From Lama glama (Eukaryota), in NCBI GenBank assembly GCA_028534125.1, contig CM052818.1, positions 26,476,001 to 26,540,000 on the forward strand: 64,000 nt of DNA, in the 5' to 3' direction. This document shows, piece after piece, positions 24,278 to 37,879 of the stretch; position 1 is the stretch's first letter; each line of letters opens with the position of its first letter. Below the pieces are notes generated by a model that was given only the letters and a program-made list of their open reading frames with translations, was not told the DNA's origin and made no database searches. A program made the translations under genes and the position numbers.

Positions 24278-24406
24278 GGAAGCAACCAGCTAAGCAGATC
24301 CTGATTTCCTGAACTACAGCAACTGTGTAAAATGATACATATTTATTGCTTTTTAAGCCACTATGTTTGGAGATGATTTGTTTTGTATTAATAAATTATT
24401 ACTACA
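24278..24406 (+). mobile_element. MLT1 LTR 3' fragment
   Basis: gatttcctgaactacagcaactgtg...ttttaagccactatgtttggagatgatttgtt...ttactaca. Confidence 0.65.
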
Positions 24407-25452
24407 ACGGCTAGTCATGTAGTTGGGTGTTCTGGCAATGTTTAATCCCTATGAAAATTTTTACCTCCTCTCAGTGTCAGTACCTGTCTCTTCATATACC
24501 TGTAACAGTTCATGGACAGACACAGATTCATGGATCATCCTTTAAGTGGCAGTGCCTTTGACATCTTATCACTGCCTCAAACACAGATGTCCATTGCTTC
24601 CTAGGCACATCTTCCACTCATATTCTCCAAACAGATGGATTATTTGTCACCTTCTTCTAAACAATTGCCTTTGCATTGTCCACCAGAATCTGATCTAGGC
24701 AGTTGTGACGAGAGTTAAGGAATCATGTGACATAAAGGGTGACAAAACTACGTGGAAAGAGCTTCCTCAAAGGAGGATAGAGCCCATGGCACACACTTAA
24801 ATTGTCCTGCACTCTGGCATTTTCTTCAAATACCACTTAGGCTTTATTTCTTCCATGAAATCTCCCAAATAAGTCTAACCTAAATCCATTAACATGCCTA
24901 CAGATATATTCAGCAGTTCCACCAAACGAGGCAAAGACAAGGAGTGAGCCCCAAGAGAATTTCAAATCAGCCACAGTCATTCTCAGCAAATTTCTCCACT
25001 GGCATGTTTCACTAAATAAACAGCTGAGGTACTTCATCTTTGGTCATGTTGCATGTTTACATGGCCATAACTTTAAGAAATAATAATGGTCACATGTGTT
25101 CCAGTGCAGGTTGTCTTTGTCAAATTCTCGTCAGTCACCACTCTGGCTTTACGGGTTTTAGAATGTGCTATCGTGTTGCGGTGCCACATCTGTAAGAAAT
25201 TGAATGCAAATTACAGCTGAATTTATACTTCAAGGTAGCAGTTTCCAGCTGCACATCATTTGTTTTGTCTTGTTTAAAATAGCTCTAAATCACATGCCAG
25301 CTACTGTAGGCTCCAGAGTCTATTAATTAGGGATGGAAAACTAAAGCAGCAGCTTGCCCTGTGGAAGCCTGTGCCAGGTTGCTTCCCAAAACCTGCCTCA
25401 GGTCTCTGCAATCCCATCAGAAGCTTCCAGGTAATTGGGTGTTTTTCTAGAA

Positions 25453-25636
25453 CAGTGGTTCTCAAAGTGTGGTCGAAGTACACCTTGCTCAAAAATCACC
25501 TGGGGAGCTTATAGGAAATGCAGTTTTCTCTACCTAATCTCACCCTGGACTCACTGAATCCAAATCTCTGGGAATGGGTCCAGAAATCGGCATTTTTAAG
25601 TATATTCTTATGTGTGGTAAAGTTTGAGAACCACTG
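25453..25636. mobile_element. MER5 (hAT-Charlie) MITE
   Basis: Perfect 14-bp TIRs cagtggttctcaaa / tttgagaaccactg, inserted at ttctagaa. Confidence 0.9.
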
Positions 25637-26124
25637 TATTCTGGATTCTACTCTAGAAATCAATCATTTTCCCTGAAACCAAACAAGATTTTACTCAACC
25701 AGAAACCTCAATCTGCCTTTCCTAATTTTCTCCCAACAATACTTCTTTATTCATAGTAGTCTGCACTCACCTGCTTTATTGTTCTCCCTACCAATTATAG
25801 TAAAATGCAAAAGAAAGGATTTTACTTTCACTAGTCAAAGTCAGTAAAATCTAGATATAAAATATCTCACCACTTAATGAATATGGTTCTATGGGAGTCG
25901 GACTGCATCCTGCTTCATTGTGAGAGAGAATGCACCTCTTCTTGTAAGATAAAAAGTTCCCAGAACAGGTGTGATGGGCAAATAAGTGTTACCATGGCAC
26001 TGTGCTCCTCTGTGGCTTCCCCTCATTACAGATTTGGTTGTAAACATCGTTCTTGGCTAAGTTCCCCATTTGTAGGACTCTTTTGTAATATACCAAGTAT
26101 GAATCTATGTCACCACCACTACCC

Positions 26125-26188
26125 TTTTTTAATTGAAGTATAATTCAATGTTGTGTTAGTTTCAGGTGTACAGCAAAGTGATTCAGTC

Positions 26189-26221
<33 letters not shown>

Positions 26222-26748
26222 AAATATATATACACACACACATATACTTTTCCAGATTCTTTTCTATTAAAGGTTATTGTAAGATTTTGACTGTAGTTCC
26301 CTCTGCTATACGGTAGGTCCTTGCTGTTTATTTTGTATATAGTAGTATCTCTCTGTTAATCCCAAACTCCTAATTTATCCTTCTATGCTATGAACATTGG
26401 GGTGTATGTATCTTTTTGAATTAGAGTTTTTGTCTTTTCCAAATATATGCCCAGGGGTGGGATTGCTGGGTATCATAGGGTAACTCTATTTTTAGTTTTT
26501 AAGGAATCTCCGTACTGTTCTTCATAGTGGCTGCACCAATTTATATTCCCACCAACAATGTAGGAGGGTTCCCTTTTCTTCACACCCTCTCCAGCATTTG
26601 TTATTTGTAGGCTTTTTGATGATGGCCATTCTGAACAGTGGGAGGTGATACCTCATTGTAATTTTGATTTGCATTTCTCTAATTATTAGTGATGTTAGGC
26701 ATCTTTTTCATGGGCCTGTTGGCCATCTGTATGTTTTCTTTGGGGGAA
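26125..26748 (-). mobile_element. Younger L1 3' end (cetartiodactyl type) with internal deletion and (TA)n
   Basis: ttagtttcaggtgtacagcaaagtgattcag and ORF2 end ggctgcaccaatttatattcccaccaacaatgtaggagggttccc. About 320 bp are missing at ~26384 relative to sister copies. Confidence 0.9.
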
Positions 26749-27328
26749 TTATGTGACCACTCTTTGAGTAAATTTAATGTATTGATGTCTATCCTGACAC
26801 TAGGATAAAAGAATAACCCCTTCACACCACCAATTCATCACTTTGGCTGGTAGGCCCTCAATAAATACATGTGGAATGAATGACCAAATGAATCCTGCTG
26901 CTCTGTTATTTCACCACATATATCATAAGCCTGTTGAGAATCCACTCAAAAAACCCCACGGCTCTACTGTAACCCATAACAGATCCCTATGATTTTGATG
27001 CCTTAATAAATGTCTCATAGATATGTATCTTTCCTTTTGCAATGTATTTCCTTATCTTCCTCTCTATTCATCTCTTTCTTGTGTGTTCACATTTTGCTCA
27101 TTTCCAGAACCCTCCATTCAGAATGTTTCTATCTCACAAGAACTGGCAGCTGCTCTTCTCAGTTTATAGATGCTCGAATATGTGTTCTTTTTGCCTCTAG
27201 ATTATGGCTGAAAGTAAATCTTTTTCAATAGTTCTGCTGCACTAAAGTCCTTCTTCATCTTGAAACTTTAATCAATAATTGCTTCTTTTGTATTGTGGCC
27301 TACTGCTCAACTTTTACTTGATATTCTT

Positions 27329-27523
27329 TTTATTTTATTTTATTTTATTGAGTTGTAGTCTGTTTACAATGTTGTATCAATTTCCAGTGTAGAGCACAAT
27401 TTTTCAGTTATACATGAACATATATATATTCATTCCTGCATATTTTTTCACCATGAGCTACCACAAGATCTTGTGTATATTTCCCTGTGCTATACAGTAT
27501 AATCTTGTTTATCTATTCTATAT
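27329..27523 (-). mobile_element. Young L1 3' end (camelid-like)
   Basis: (ttttA)n tail and ttccctgtgctatacagtataatcttgtttatctattct. TSD atattctt at 27321-27328 and 27524-27531. Confidence 0.85.
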
Positions 27524-27544
27524 ATATTCTTAAATGGCTCCAAG

Positions 27545-27645
27545 TGGAATGAGTCATTGACCCAAACTTAGTCACGTGGCCACAGCTAATTACAAGGACA
27601 ACTGGGAAATGCAGTGTCTTTTGGGACAGTCAGGTGCCCATCTAA
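27545..27645 (-). mobile_element. MLT1 LTR fragment
   Basis: cattgacccaaacttagtcacgtggccacagctaattacaaggacaactgggaaatgcagt. Confidence 0.55.
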
Positions 27646-30600
27646 AACTGGCGGAGTTCTCTTATTTTAATAATAAAGGAATAAAAGGTGTAAGTTGTGG
27701 TCTCTGCCATAATTGTCCTTTTGTACTATGGACTAGACAAGACAAGTGGGGGCTTTTCAGATGGGAATGTCTGAGATAAAGTAGTAGATGAAGTAGTCAG
27801 GGAAGACACAAGCCCTAACGACAACAAGGAGGCAGCCCCATAATAAATAGGGAATTAAAAACCAGCAACCATGATGGACCTAAGCGTGTTTCAAACTAAA
27901 GTTTTAATTCATGTTTAGTTTTTTAAATTGTTATAATATGTGATAATTTAAGATCAGGTCACTAATAAAGCACATTTCTCCCTCCCCTTTGAGAGTCTCA
28001 ATCCTGTTTACATTCCGTACCTGGTTGCTTTTAATACATCTGACACATAATCACAGGGAAGAATTTATATAGTTGATTGCCTGGTAGAAACCAAATTCTG
28101 AAAGTCTGATGTTTCCATCTGTTTATCCAATCACCTCCACTTTCCAAACAGCAGTTACTGTCTTCTTCACACTTTTTACCACCCCTTCCATAACCTAAGC
28201 TACTGGGCAGCTCCTTGGAGAGGCTAAGAGATTATGGAACGGAGAAATCTTGTTCTAAAGTAAATTAAGATGAACTTCTAAGTTTTAGACTCACTAGTCA
28301 GATGGATTGAATACAAAGCAAGATGTGTTTTGACATTGATTAAGAGGGAGGTAAATGCTTGCTGGAAAGGCATCTTGTCCTTGCTTGATTCTGGGCCTTT
28401 GCCATGCATTTGATAAATTCAGATCTAATTAAAACTGTAAGAAACACTACCCAAGGCAGACCTATAATCCATCTGGCCAATTGTTCAGGCTCAGACAGAA
28501 GCAGCCAAAGATTCTGGGTGAGCGGTTCCAGTGCCCAACCTGATTCAGCCACAACTAGGTAGGAACATTGGCCTAACAGCCCTGAATTTCCTCCACTGAA
28601 ATGTGGGGCTACATGTCAGATTGTGCTGTCATCTCCCCACTCTTGCTCTCTCCCAGGAGGCTGTCAACTGCCTCCAAGTCTGTTAGCATCCATTCATTAA
28701 AAAACAGACCTAATTCCTGACAATGATTGCAGGAATGTGTACTTCAGGGTAATGAGTGTAGATATTGGGGATAATTATGACTATAAACACCTTTTTCCTG
28801 GGTGACTTACGTCCTTGGAAAACACTGGGCTTATGAAGACATGACCTTCCTTTTCCTTTAGTGAAATTACATCTATTATTGTTTCTGAATATTTAATGAT
28901 TATTTCTGAAGAGTGAAGTTTTCTATTGTCTTGCACCTGGATCATATCCTCTTCCTTCTAGAAGTTCCCCAGATAATTCATTTCACTAAATATTATCTCT
29001 TCTTCCAAGTTCCCCTCACAACATCTCCCATCCCAAAAATCTTTTAGCCTATAACCTGACCACAACTTTTTCAAAGAAAATTTTTATGTAAATATATTAT
29101 AAACATAGCATGAGTAGATGGCATATGAAAGCTGAAAAATCCCTAGTGCTACCCAGATCTTCATTTTCCATTTGTCCTTCACCTCACCCACATGGGCTGG
29201 AGGAGTGGGGAATGTTCTGCTGCCTTAATGGACTTTCTTACAAACCTCAGAGCTGCTTAACTTTCCCTGACATATTCTTAGGCATGAGCTCAGCGCTTAG
29301 ATTTTTCTGAAATCTGTAGCTTACACATCCCTAGACTTTCAAATCCTTGAATACAAAGTGCATGAAAGAGAAGGGTGTTCATGCTTAGAAGCTTCAAGTA
29401 GCACTTTGCTCTCACTAACAAGAAGATAGAAAAGTATCCACAGTACACTAGGTGAGGCACAAAGGCACGGGAGTGTCCTTTGATCTAATAAGACCTTCCA
29501 GCTGGATAATGCTTTTGGAAAATAACTGAATTTCATTTTAATTCCAACCCTTCTCCATTTGAAAAAAAGGGGGGAGGGGAGGACTCTGGGGTCCAGGAAG
29601 ATTCAGGACTTGCCCCAAGTCACAAAGTCAGCAAAAGGCAAAGTAGTAATAAGACCAAGTATCCAGTGCCTTTTCTCTTCGCCACAGAGTTGTTTGTTGG
29701 AAATAGTATATTTCTGTTTTGGCATTCTTGAGTCTACAGATCCCCAGTGTAAGGTTTTGGCATAATATAGTACGGTGTTGTAATCTTCCTCCCAACCGTA
29801 ACACTTCTCCAGTCCTAAAAACCATATAAGGAATTTGAATCTCTATCAAAGTTCCCAATTAGCTTTGACAAACTTGATGTTTTGCCAACCAGTATACTAC
29901 ACACCCACTGACTCCAACAGGCAAATGATTCTCTTAAATATCAAGACTTAATATCTCAGTTAAAAATCACCATCTGTTCACACTAAATTACTATCTTTCC
30001 AAAACATATTTATTTGATAATCTTAAAGAAAAATTCCACTTGTAGAGAGGACTAAGGATTTGAATTTTCAGGCTTTCTGCCGAAGAGCTGTCAATTGAGC
30101 TTAATATTATCTCAAACCTGGCTCAAGTCCTATCGGAAATACAAGCACACATTTTTTTCAGATGGTTCCAAAAACCACATTCTTGCACTTATTTCTGAAA
30201 GAAAAATTTAAGAACAAATGTTTAAAAATAAATAAATAAAGCAGGCTGCCTTTCTTGGTCCTTTTTTTTTTTTTTGGCATTTTTCTTTCTTTCTTAAATA
30301 TACCTTTCTTGAAAAAAAAGATTGGGATGGAAAAAATTCAGCTACCAGGTATACCTTGTCATTAATTGGCTTAACCTGCCAGCCAAGAAGCCAGCTAGCT
30401 ACATGCACCTCCCATCATCATGCCTGTATGTCTCTCAGAAGGACTCTTCTGGGTTCAATCACTGTATGTAAGCAGTCCTTTATTTTGTGTCACTCCTGTA
30501 GAGATCTGATTCATGGTCATTCAAAGCCTCTTTTGAATGTTTCAAATAGCCAGAATTTCAGTAGCTCAACTTTGCAGGTGGGTCTCTAGCTTTCATTATA

Positions 30601-31264
30601 TTACACACCAGGAACTTTTACAAAGTTAAACAGACACTAAACTTGAAGAAATTTACAGCAGAAAGAGGAATGCCCTGCCCATTCAGAATAAACTTGTAAA
30701 AACTTAAAGTCACAACATTCATAACCAAGACTTTTTTGGATTAACTATTAGTCACCCCACAAGACAAAATATCTCTATCCAAGAAAGTATTCTATTTTGG
30801 GAGTTATTTTCTGGCATGAAGAAGAATGTGTTGAGCCACTTCTGGCCATCTGTATATGTTTTCTCACTTTCATAGCCTTTGCTGTTTGGAATGCATTGTG
30901 GTATCTTGGCTTCTCTTGGGGAAAAAAAAACAATTAAGCTTTCCAGAGACCCACAGTTGCATAGGAATAACTTGCAAGCAGTATTTATTCACTTGTTTAA
31001 GAAATAAATATTATTGCTTACTATGTACCAATTTCTATGCTAATATCTGGCAATGCAACCATGGGCCAGGTAAACAAGTTTGCTATCTTCCTGGAGCTTA
31101 CAGGCAAGAGAAAGAAAGAGAGAGAGACCAAAAACAGTTTAACTGATTACACAAATAGAATAAAAATTGCCTGTCTAAGAAGTCTGGACATTTTTTAAAT
31201 AGTTCTCAAAAAAGTGGTGAATGTATTGTTTCAATGTTCAAATACTGACTTACAAAAATAAAGG

Positions 31265-31470
31265 AATTAATGTTTATTTAATTGCTGCTCTAAGTCAAAG
31301 ACTTTACATATATTGTCCATTTAATTTTGACAAAGATCTTTGTGAGTAGATACAGAGGAAACTCAGGCTTAAAAAATGAAAGCGTCCAGAACAAAAGATG
31401 GCCTATACGCTATACAGTCAATAATCAGACCCACATTCATCTGATTCAAAATCTGTGCATTTATTCCCAC
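31265..31470 (-). mobile_element. MIR fragment
   Basis: ctttacatatattgtccatttaat...acagaggaaactcaggctt...atctgattcaaaatctgtgc. Confidence 0.55.
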
Positions 31471-32169
31471 ACCTTCTGGCTTCCTCAGCCAAGTCTTTGG
31501 CACCTTAGCGGAAAAGCTCACATTGCTTCAGATCCTCTTCCATCAGTTAGAAGTAGGCATACACGTTTCTCTAGCTATCTTTATCTCTAATAAGTATAAT
31601 TGTGTAAGAATCAAAAAAAAATAGTCTCAACCTTATGTAAAATCTCCAAGGAAGACAACCTCTCCCACCTCCAGTGAGAACATAATCTGGTGTCTCATAA
31701 TTCCACCAGCATAATAATACTCAATAAGCTTCTACTTGCTTAGCATGTTCTTATTGCCAGATCAAGTTCCTGTGGTAATCTGGGATGGAGATCTTATAAG
31801 AATAAATCCCGGAGTTAGTTGAGAAGTTGAATAGTTTATGTTTCTCAACATTCATTATTCATGAACAATGAACTAACAAAAAAAATCTAGCTTCCTAAGC
31901 ATATTACAATCTGATTGCATAAGGATGGTCCTGCTTGCATCTTGCTAGATAAATACAGCAAAAGAGGAGGGTTTACTCCTTACCAGTATTTGAGATTATC
32001 TGGAAATTTTGGCATCCCATATTCACCTACAGAGTCATTTGAATTTGATTTGTTTCACATGTTCCATATAGCATCCATCATAAGCCAACTTGAGAGCATC
32101 CTCACCCTTGCCCTGAGTAAACTAAAAACTCTTGAAAAAATTTTAAATAACTACCAGAAGATTCTGAAA

Positions 32170-34900
32170 ATATAGAATATAGATTTTAAAATTCTTAACA
32201 AAATATTGGCACATTGAGTCCAGAAATACATAAAACAAATGTCAAAATACATCATGACCATGTATGGTTTGTATCCCAGGAAAGTGATGTTGGTTTAACA
32301 TTTGAAAACCAATCAAACAACTTCATCATTTTAATAGAATAAAGGAGAAAATCTATATGATCTATATGGAGAAAAGGCATTTGACAAAATTCAACACTCA
32401 TTCATGATTTAAAAAAAAACACTCCCAGCAAACTAGGAATAACAGAGAACTTTCTCAAACTGATAATGGGCATCTATACAAAATCTACAGCTAACATCAC
32501 ATTAAGATGGGGAAAGCCTGAATTATCATCTGAGATTGGAAACAAAGCAAGAGTGCCCACTTTCACTGCTTCTATTCAATTATACTGGAGATTTAAGCCA
32601 CTGCAGTAATTTTTAAAAAGAAAGGGTGGAGAAGGTAAAAGAAAAAAGAAAGAAAAGGAATAAAGTAAGGAAGAAGTAAAACTATATTGCAGCTGAAAGA
32701 ATTGTTTATGTAAAAAAAATCTCAGAGAATCTACACAATAATTACTAGAACTAATGAATAAATTTAGCAAGAAAACATGACTAATTTTTAATTTTTAAAA
32801 CCATTATATTCTAATATGTGAGCAGCAAATAATTCAGAAGTGAAATTTTTAAAAATTCCTTTTACAGTAGTACCAAAAAGAAAAAGATAGTCAAAATGTC
32901 TAAACTGAACAGTATAACACATGCTGAGAGAAAGTAAAGAAAAGCTAAATAAATGCGAAGACATATCATATTCATAGATTGAAAGATTCTGTATCATTTG
33001 ATTTTCCCCAATTGATCTATAGTAGTTTCAGTTCAGTACCAACCAAAATTCCAACAGACTGTTGTAGAAATTGACAAACTGATTTTAAAATGTATATGGA
33101 AAAATCAAAGGATCTAGACTAACCAAAGCCAAAGAACTTTTTAAAAAGAAAAACAAGGTTGAAAGACTTTCCCTACCTGATTTCAAAAATTTCTATAAAG
33201 CTATAGTAATCAAAGTAATGTACTGGTGAAAAGATAGATATACTCATCTAGGAAAGAGAATAGCGAATCCAAAAATAAACCCATATGCATATGGTCAACT
33301 GATTTTTTTTTTTTTTACAGAAATACCAAGGCAATTCTTTGGAGATAGAAAAATGTTTTTAACAAATGATGCATATACACTATACAGAAAAAGAAAAAAA
33401 TTAACATTGACTCATCCCTCACACCATACATAAAAATTAAAATGGATCACAGACCTAAATTTGTTACATAAAACTCTAAAATTTTCTGCAAGAAACTTAG
33501 GAGAATTATGATCTTGGAGTAGGCAAACATTTCTTAGCTAGCACACAAAAAGCCTGAGCCACAAGAGAAAAAAAAATGATTCATTAATCTTTGACAACAC
33601 TAAAGTGTTTAAGATTCACAGACATAGAAGATTAACTTATGATTACCAAAGGGAGAAGGCAGGGGGTGGGATGGATAAATTAGGAGTTTGGGATTAGCAA
33701 GTACAAACTACTACATATAAAATAGATAAACAACAAGGATTTAATGTATAGTACAGGGAACTATATTCAGTATCTTGTAATAAGCTATAGTGAAAAAGAA
33801 TGCATATATATAAAAAACTGAATCACTTTGCTGTGCACCAGAAACTAACACACATTGCAAATCAACTGTACTTCAATAAAATAAATAAATACATACATAT
33901 GTACATAATATATACACAAACTAAAGTGTTTATTTGAAAGGCACCACTAAGAAAACAAAACAGCAAGTGACAGAACCTGGAGAAAATATTTGAAAACAAA
34001 TACATATCAGACAAGTACTTGTATCCAGAACATATAAGGAGTTCTTATCTCTCAATAGCAGGAAGATAATTGAATTTATAAAATAAGCAAAAAATTTAAA
34101 TAGACACTTTACCTAAGAACACCTATATTTGGTCATAAACATATGAAAAGATCCCCAAATTATTAGTCACCAGGGAAGTGCAAATTACAATAATAATGAG
34201 ATACCACTATACAACCAATAGAATCTATATTTTTAGGCCAACAATACCAAATGATGAGGATGTGGAGAACTGCTGTTGAGAATGTGAAGTACTACAACCA
34301 TTCTAGAAAACAGTTTAGCAGTTTCTCAATAAGTTCAATATACACCTACCATATCACCTAGCTAGTTCCCACCTAAGTTTTTACCCAAAAGAAATGAAAA
34401 TATATCCACACTAAGACTTGTACACAAATGTTCATAGCAACCTTATTTGTAATAGCCAAAAACTGGGAACAGCTCAAATGTACATCAACAGGTAACAAGG
34501 TGTGATATGTCCATATAATGCAAAACTACTCACCAATTTAAAAAAAGATGGGTATGCACAACAAATTTAAATTTCAGATGAATCTCAAAATCATTATGCT
34601 GAGTGAAGGAAGCATGGCAAAAAGAAGTATATACTGAATGATTCTGATTATATGAAATTCTTAAAAATTTAAACTAATCTGTAGTGACAGAAAGCAGATC
34701 AGTGGTCGCCTGTGGATCTTGGCAGAGGGAAGGATGCATTACAAAGGAGCTGTAGGAAAATTTAAGGGGGGAGAAGTAATTGTTAACTTGATTATGGTGA
34801 TGGTTTCATGGTTGTATTATATTCGTCAAAACAGATAAAACTGTACACTCTAAATATGTGCAGTTTATTGTACTTCAGTTTTACCTCAATAAAGTTGTAA
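32170..34900 (+). mobile_element. Old L1 ORF2 RT-to-3'UTR segment (L1ME1/L1MD-like)
   Basis: gaaaaggcatttgacaaaattcaacac (EKAFDKIQH) and gagtgcccactttcactgcttctattcaat (CPLSLLLFN). 3'UTR gtagtgacagaaagcagatcagtggt...tacctcaataaag. Confidence 0.9.
33612..33919 (+). mobile_element. Younger L1 3' end nested in old L1
   Basis: gataaattaggagtttgggattagc...caactgtacttcaataaaataaa. 13-bp TSD actaaagtgttta at 33599-33611 and 33920-33932. Confidence 0.92.
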
Positions 34901-35024
34901 AATAAATTAATACCCTTTGTCTAATTGACCTGACTTCAAGTCAATGCAGTGGACTGCTGCCTTTGATCCATATTTATATGTACTCACATAACCCCTGCTC
35001 CTGAGCCCAGTTCCCAAGTTTGAT

Positions 35025-35082
35025 CACATTAGATTGTAGAGTATTTCACATTAGATTGTAGATTATTCCACATTAGATTGTG
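35025..35082. repeat. 22-bp minisatellite, 2.6 copies (cacattagattgtaga[g/t]tatt[t/c])
   Basis: Read directly: units start at 35025, 35047 and 35069. Confidence 0.9.
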
Positions 35083-35109
35083 GAAGCATGAATTAACACA
35101 GAGAAACCA

Positions 35110-35480
35110 TACACAGTGGTGAAGAAGAGGGGCCTCAAAGTTAGACCTAGCCAAGCTTGAATCTCAGTTGTCTCTCATTTGCATTGTGACTTTGCATAAA
35201 ACTGAATTTCCTGTATCTCGGTTTCCTCACCTGTAAAATGGAGGCAGTAATACTATTCAGCCAATGAAATTATTTTGGATATTCAATAGGAAAGTGTGAG
35301 TGCAGCACATGCCTAGCTCACAAAGCTTTCTCATAATTGAAAACCCTGCCACAACACTCAAATGGTATCCCGAGTTTTCTGATTCTTTAAAATACTCCGT
35401 CATGTTACTGCAAGGTAATGAAATTACCTGTGTGAACCTGCCTAGCGAGTTGATGGGAGTCCTAGGAGCCAATCACTGAT
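35110..35480 (+). mobile_element. MIR split by a ~155-bp unidentified insert
   Basis: ctcggtttcctcacctgtaaaatggagg core. A MIR-like 3' part resumes at ~35411. Confidence 0.5.
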
Positions 35481-36039
35481 CATATCTTGTTCAAATTTCC
35501 TTCACTGCTGAGTGTGTTTTCATGGGGATTTTACTGCAATAACAGTATAATCAAGGCTCTGAGTTTTCTCTATTTCTGCCCACCTCTTCTTGTTTTTGTA
35601 GTTACATCAAAGTCCTTTTAAGAAGTTTCTGGTCTAACATACTGTATGTAGAAGTTTGCCCAGGAAATCTGTTAACTGTTTCTGTTTATAGATGTTCTAT
35701 AGCAATGTTAGTGATCTGTTCCAATTTGGAAGTCCTTCCATCTGGTACATAGTTGAAACTCTGTAAATGTTAGTACTTTCATTTTTCTAGTTCAGGATTT
35801 AGTCTATCAACATTACTAAAGTACACACATCACAGAAGTCACATGGGACTCTCGGATTCAGAGAGAGATTCTATTGGAGGCTCATCAGGCTTGCACAGAA
35901 ATACAAGTGTAGCAGATGCATCATTTTCATAATATAGCTGCTTCTGATCCTAACTTAATAGTAGCATTCTATTTTTATCATTCTGAGGTAGAGTAGATGT
36001 TCACTTCATTGACCATAAAGAGACAGAAGCCTAAATTAA

Positions 36040-36250
36040 AAAGTGCCTACTTTTATATGCCAGCCACTGTGCTAAAAGTGCTATATCATTTTCATAAATC
36101 CTCATAATAAACTACTTCTGTTTTACACATGAGATAACTGAGGCTTAACTTGTTTAAGGTCATAGATATAGTGTGGAATAATGAAGCCAGGATTCCAATC
36201 CATAGAAGATTTTGGTCATGCAATCTATGTTCAGTACATTATACCATATC
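36040..36250 (-). mobile_element. MIR
   Basis: atgccagccactgtgctaaaagtgct...ttttacacatgagataactgaggctt...gccaggattccaatcc. Confidence 0.65.
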
Positions 36251-36276
36251 ACTTCTCAATGTCTGTGGGTTTAGGA

Positions 36277-36407
36277 AGGGTCACTTTATAATTTATCTTC
36301 CAAATGGAGACACTTCTAAGAGTGAATGCAGCAGAGGGGCTTCTAATATTATTCCGAGATGATAACCATAAACTAGAATTCGGCAAACTGAGATGAGTGA
36401 TCACCCT
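36277..36407. mobile_element. MER94-like hAT-Blackjack MITE
   Basis: agggtcac...gatcaccct termini, ataatttatcttccaaatggagacacttctaagagtgaa, length ~131 bp. Confidence 0.75.
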
Positions 36408-36561
36408 AATCTGAATCATTCAAGCAATATTTCAACGTAAAGAGATATCAAGCAAGGAGATGGAAAGAAAGTTTGCTGCATGCTGAGTACTTGCTAAATA
36501 GACTCTCTACAAAGGAAGGTATAACCCTGATTTTAGGGAAATGATTTGGGGACATGATCTA

Positions 36562-36870
36562 GTTCCTTGCTACTTACTGTGTGATCTTCAGACCAGCAGC
36601 AGCATCTCAGACCTACAGAATCAGAATCTGCCTTTTAACGAGATATCCAGGTGATTCACACACACATTAAAGTTTGAGAAGCACTATTCTATAGGTCTAC
36701 AGACTTGCTTACCATTTGAGTAACTTGGGAAGCTTAAAAAATGTATATATTCAAAGGCCCATCACCCAGAGATCCTGATTCTATGGAATTTTGGATGGAC
36801 CCAGGAATCTACATTTTAAAAGAGCTCTCCACAGAAACCTTGGGAACAGGCAGGTTTGAGGTTCAGTAAT
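36562..36870. mobile_element. Two adjacent MER5-type MITE fragments
   Basis: cagacctacagaatcagaatctgccttttaacgagatatccaggtgattc...agtttgagaagcact, then cacccagagatcctgattc...ggacccaggaatctacattttaa. Confidence 0.7.
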
Positions 36871-37879
36871 CTAGAGTATCCAGTGTAAAGGTCACCCAAG
36901 TTTTCACCAGAAATCATACAGAGTTAGAATGAAAGCAGCTTGAGCTACTCTGAGATTCACTGTATTTACATTTTTATCAAGAAATTTATCTGTTTTCAGC
37001 CAAAAAGTCCTTTGAGAGCTACATTCCATAATAGGAAAGTATGTTAACTGAGGAATTTTCAATGAAGTGAAGCAAAGCATAATATTCCCAAAGAAGGCCT
37101 TCCAGCTCCTGGAGCAAACCCAGATAGCCATAAGTGTACCCAGACACAGACACAAACATAAAATGAGACCAAGAAGATAACCGAATGTTGCTTCCCAACA
37201 CATTTACAGCACTGTGGCCATGATTACTTGGTCTTTGTGTGAACATCTGGCCCCCCAGCCTCATCCCCAGGCCCAGAGTTGTATGCACAGTCTATGTTTC
37301 TGTGTCATCTCTCAGGGTGCTGTCCCACTGCCAAAGATAAGCCTGAATGATTACAGACACTTTCTGTGTTATACCTGCTCTTCCACCTACATTTCTTTTT
37401 GGCAGTAGATTTGTTGTTAAGTGTCTAATGGATCTTTACTGAAACAAAGTTCAGGCATTAAGGTTCATTGACTAGACTGAATCTAAAAACCCAGATCCTA
37501 ATCTGTGGTGGAAAAGATATAGCATCAAATTCATAAATAATGTAGTCCAGAGTCAGGACAAAAAGTCAAGGTCATGAACAAGGTCATGTTCACATTCAGA
37601 CTCGAAATAAGGACAGTCCAGAGAAGCAAAATAAGACAGAAGGCAAGAAGAGAGTGCTGATGACTTGGCCTTCTGAACCAGGTCCAGCAATAGGTCCCTG
37701 CAGCTGCTGACCTAAAGTTGATCCCTTTGAAAAAAGAACTGGATATTTTAAATCTCTAAAGTGTAGAGATTCCATTCTTTATATTCTCTGCCCTTTAACA
37801 TAATATATCATTAATTCTACTGCTTACTTTTTCAGTTATAATGAAAGAAAAGGACAATAAACATCCTAATATTTAAGGT

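Noticed and set aside
35025..35082. Short repeats as a CRISPR-like array
   Set aside because: Contiguous tandem units with no unique spacers, in mammalian DNA.
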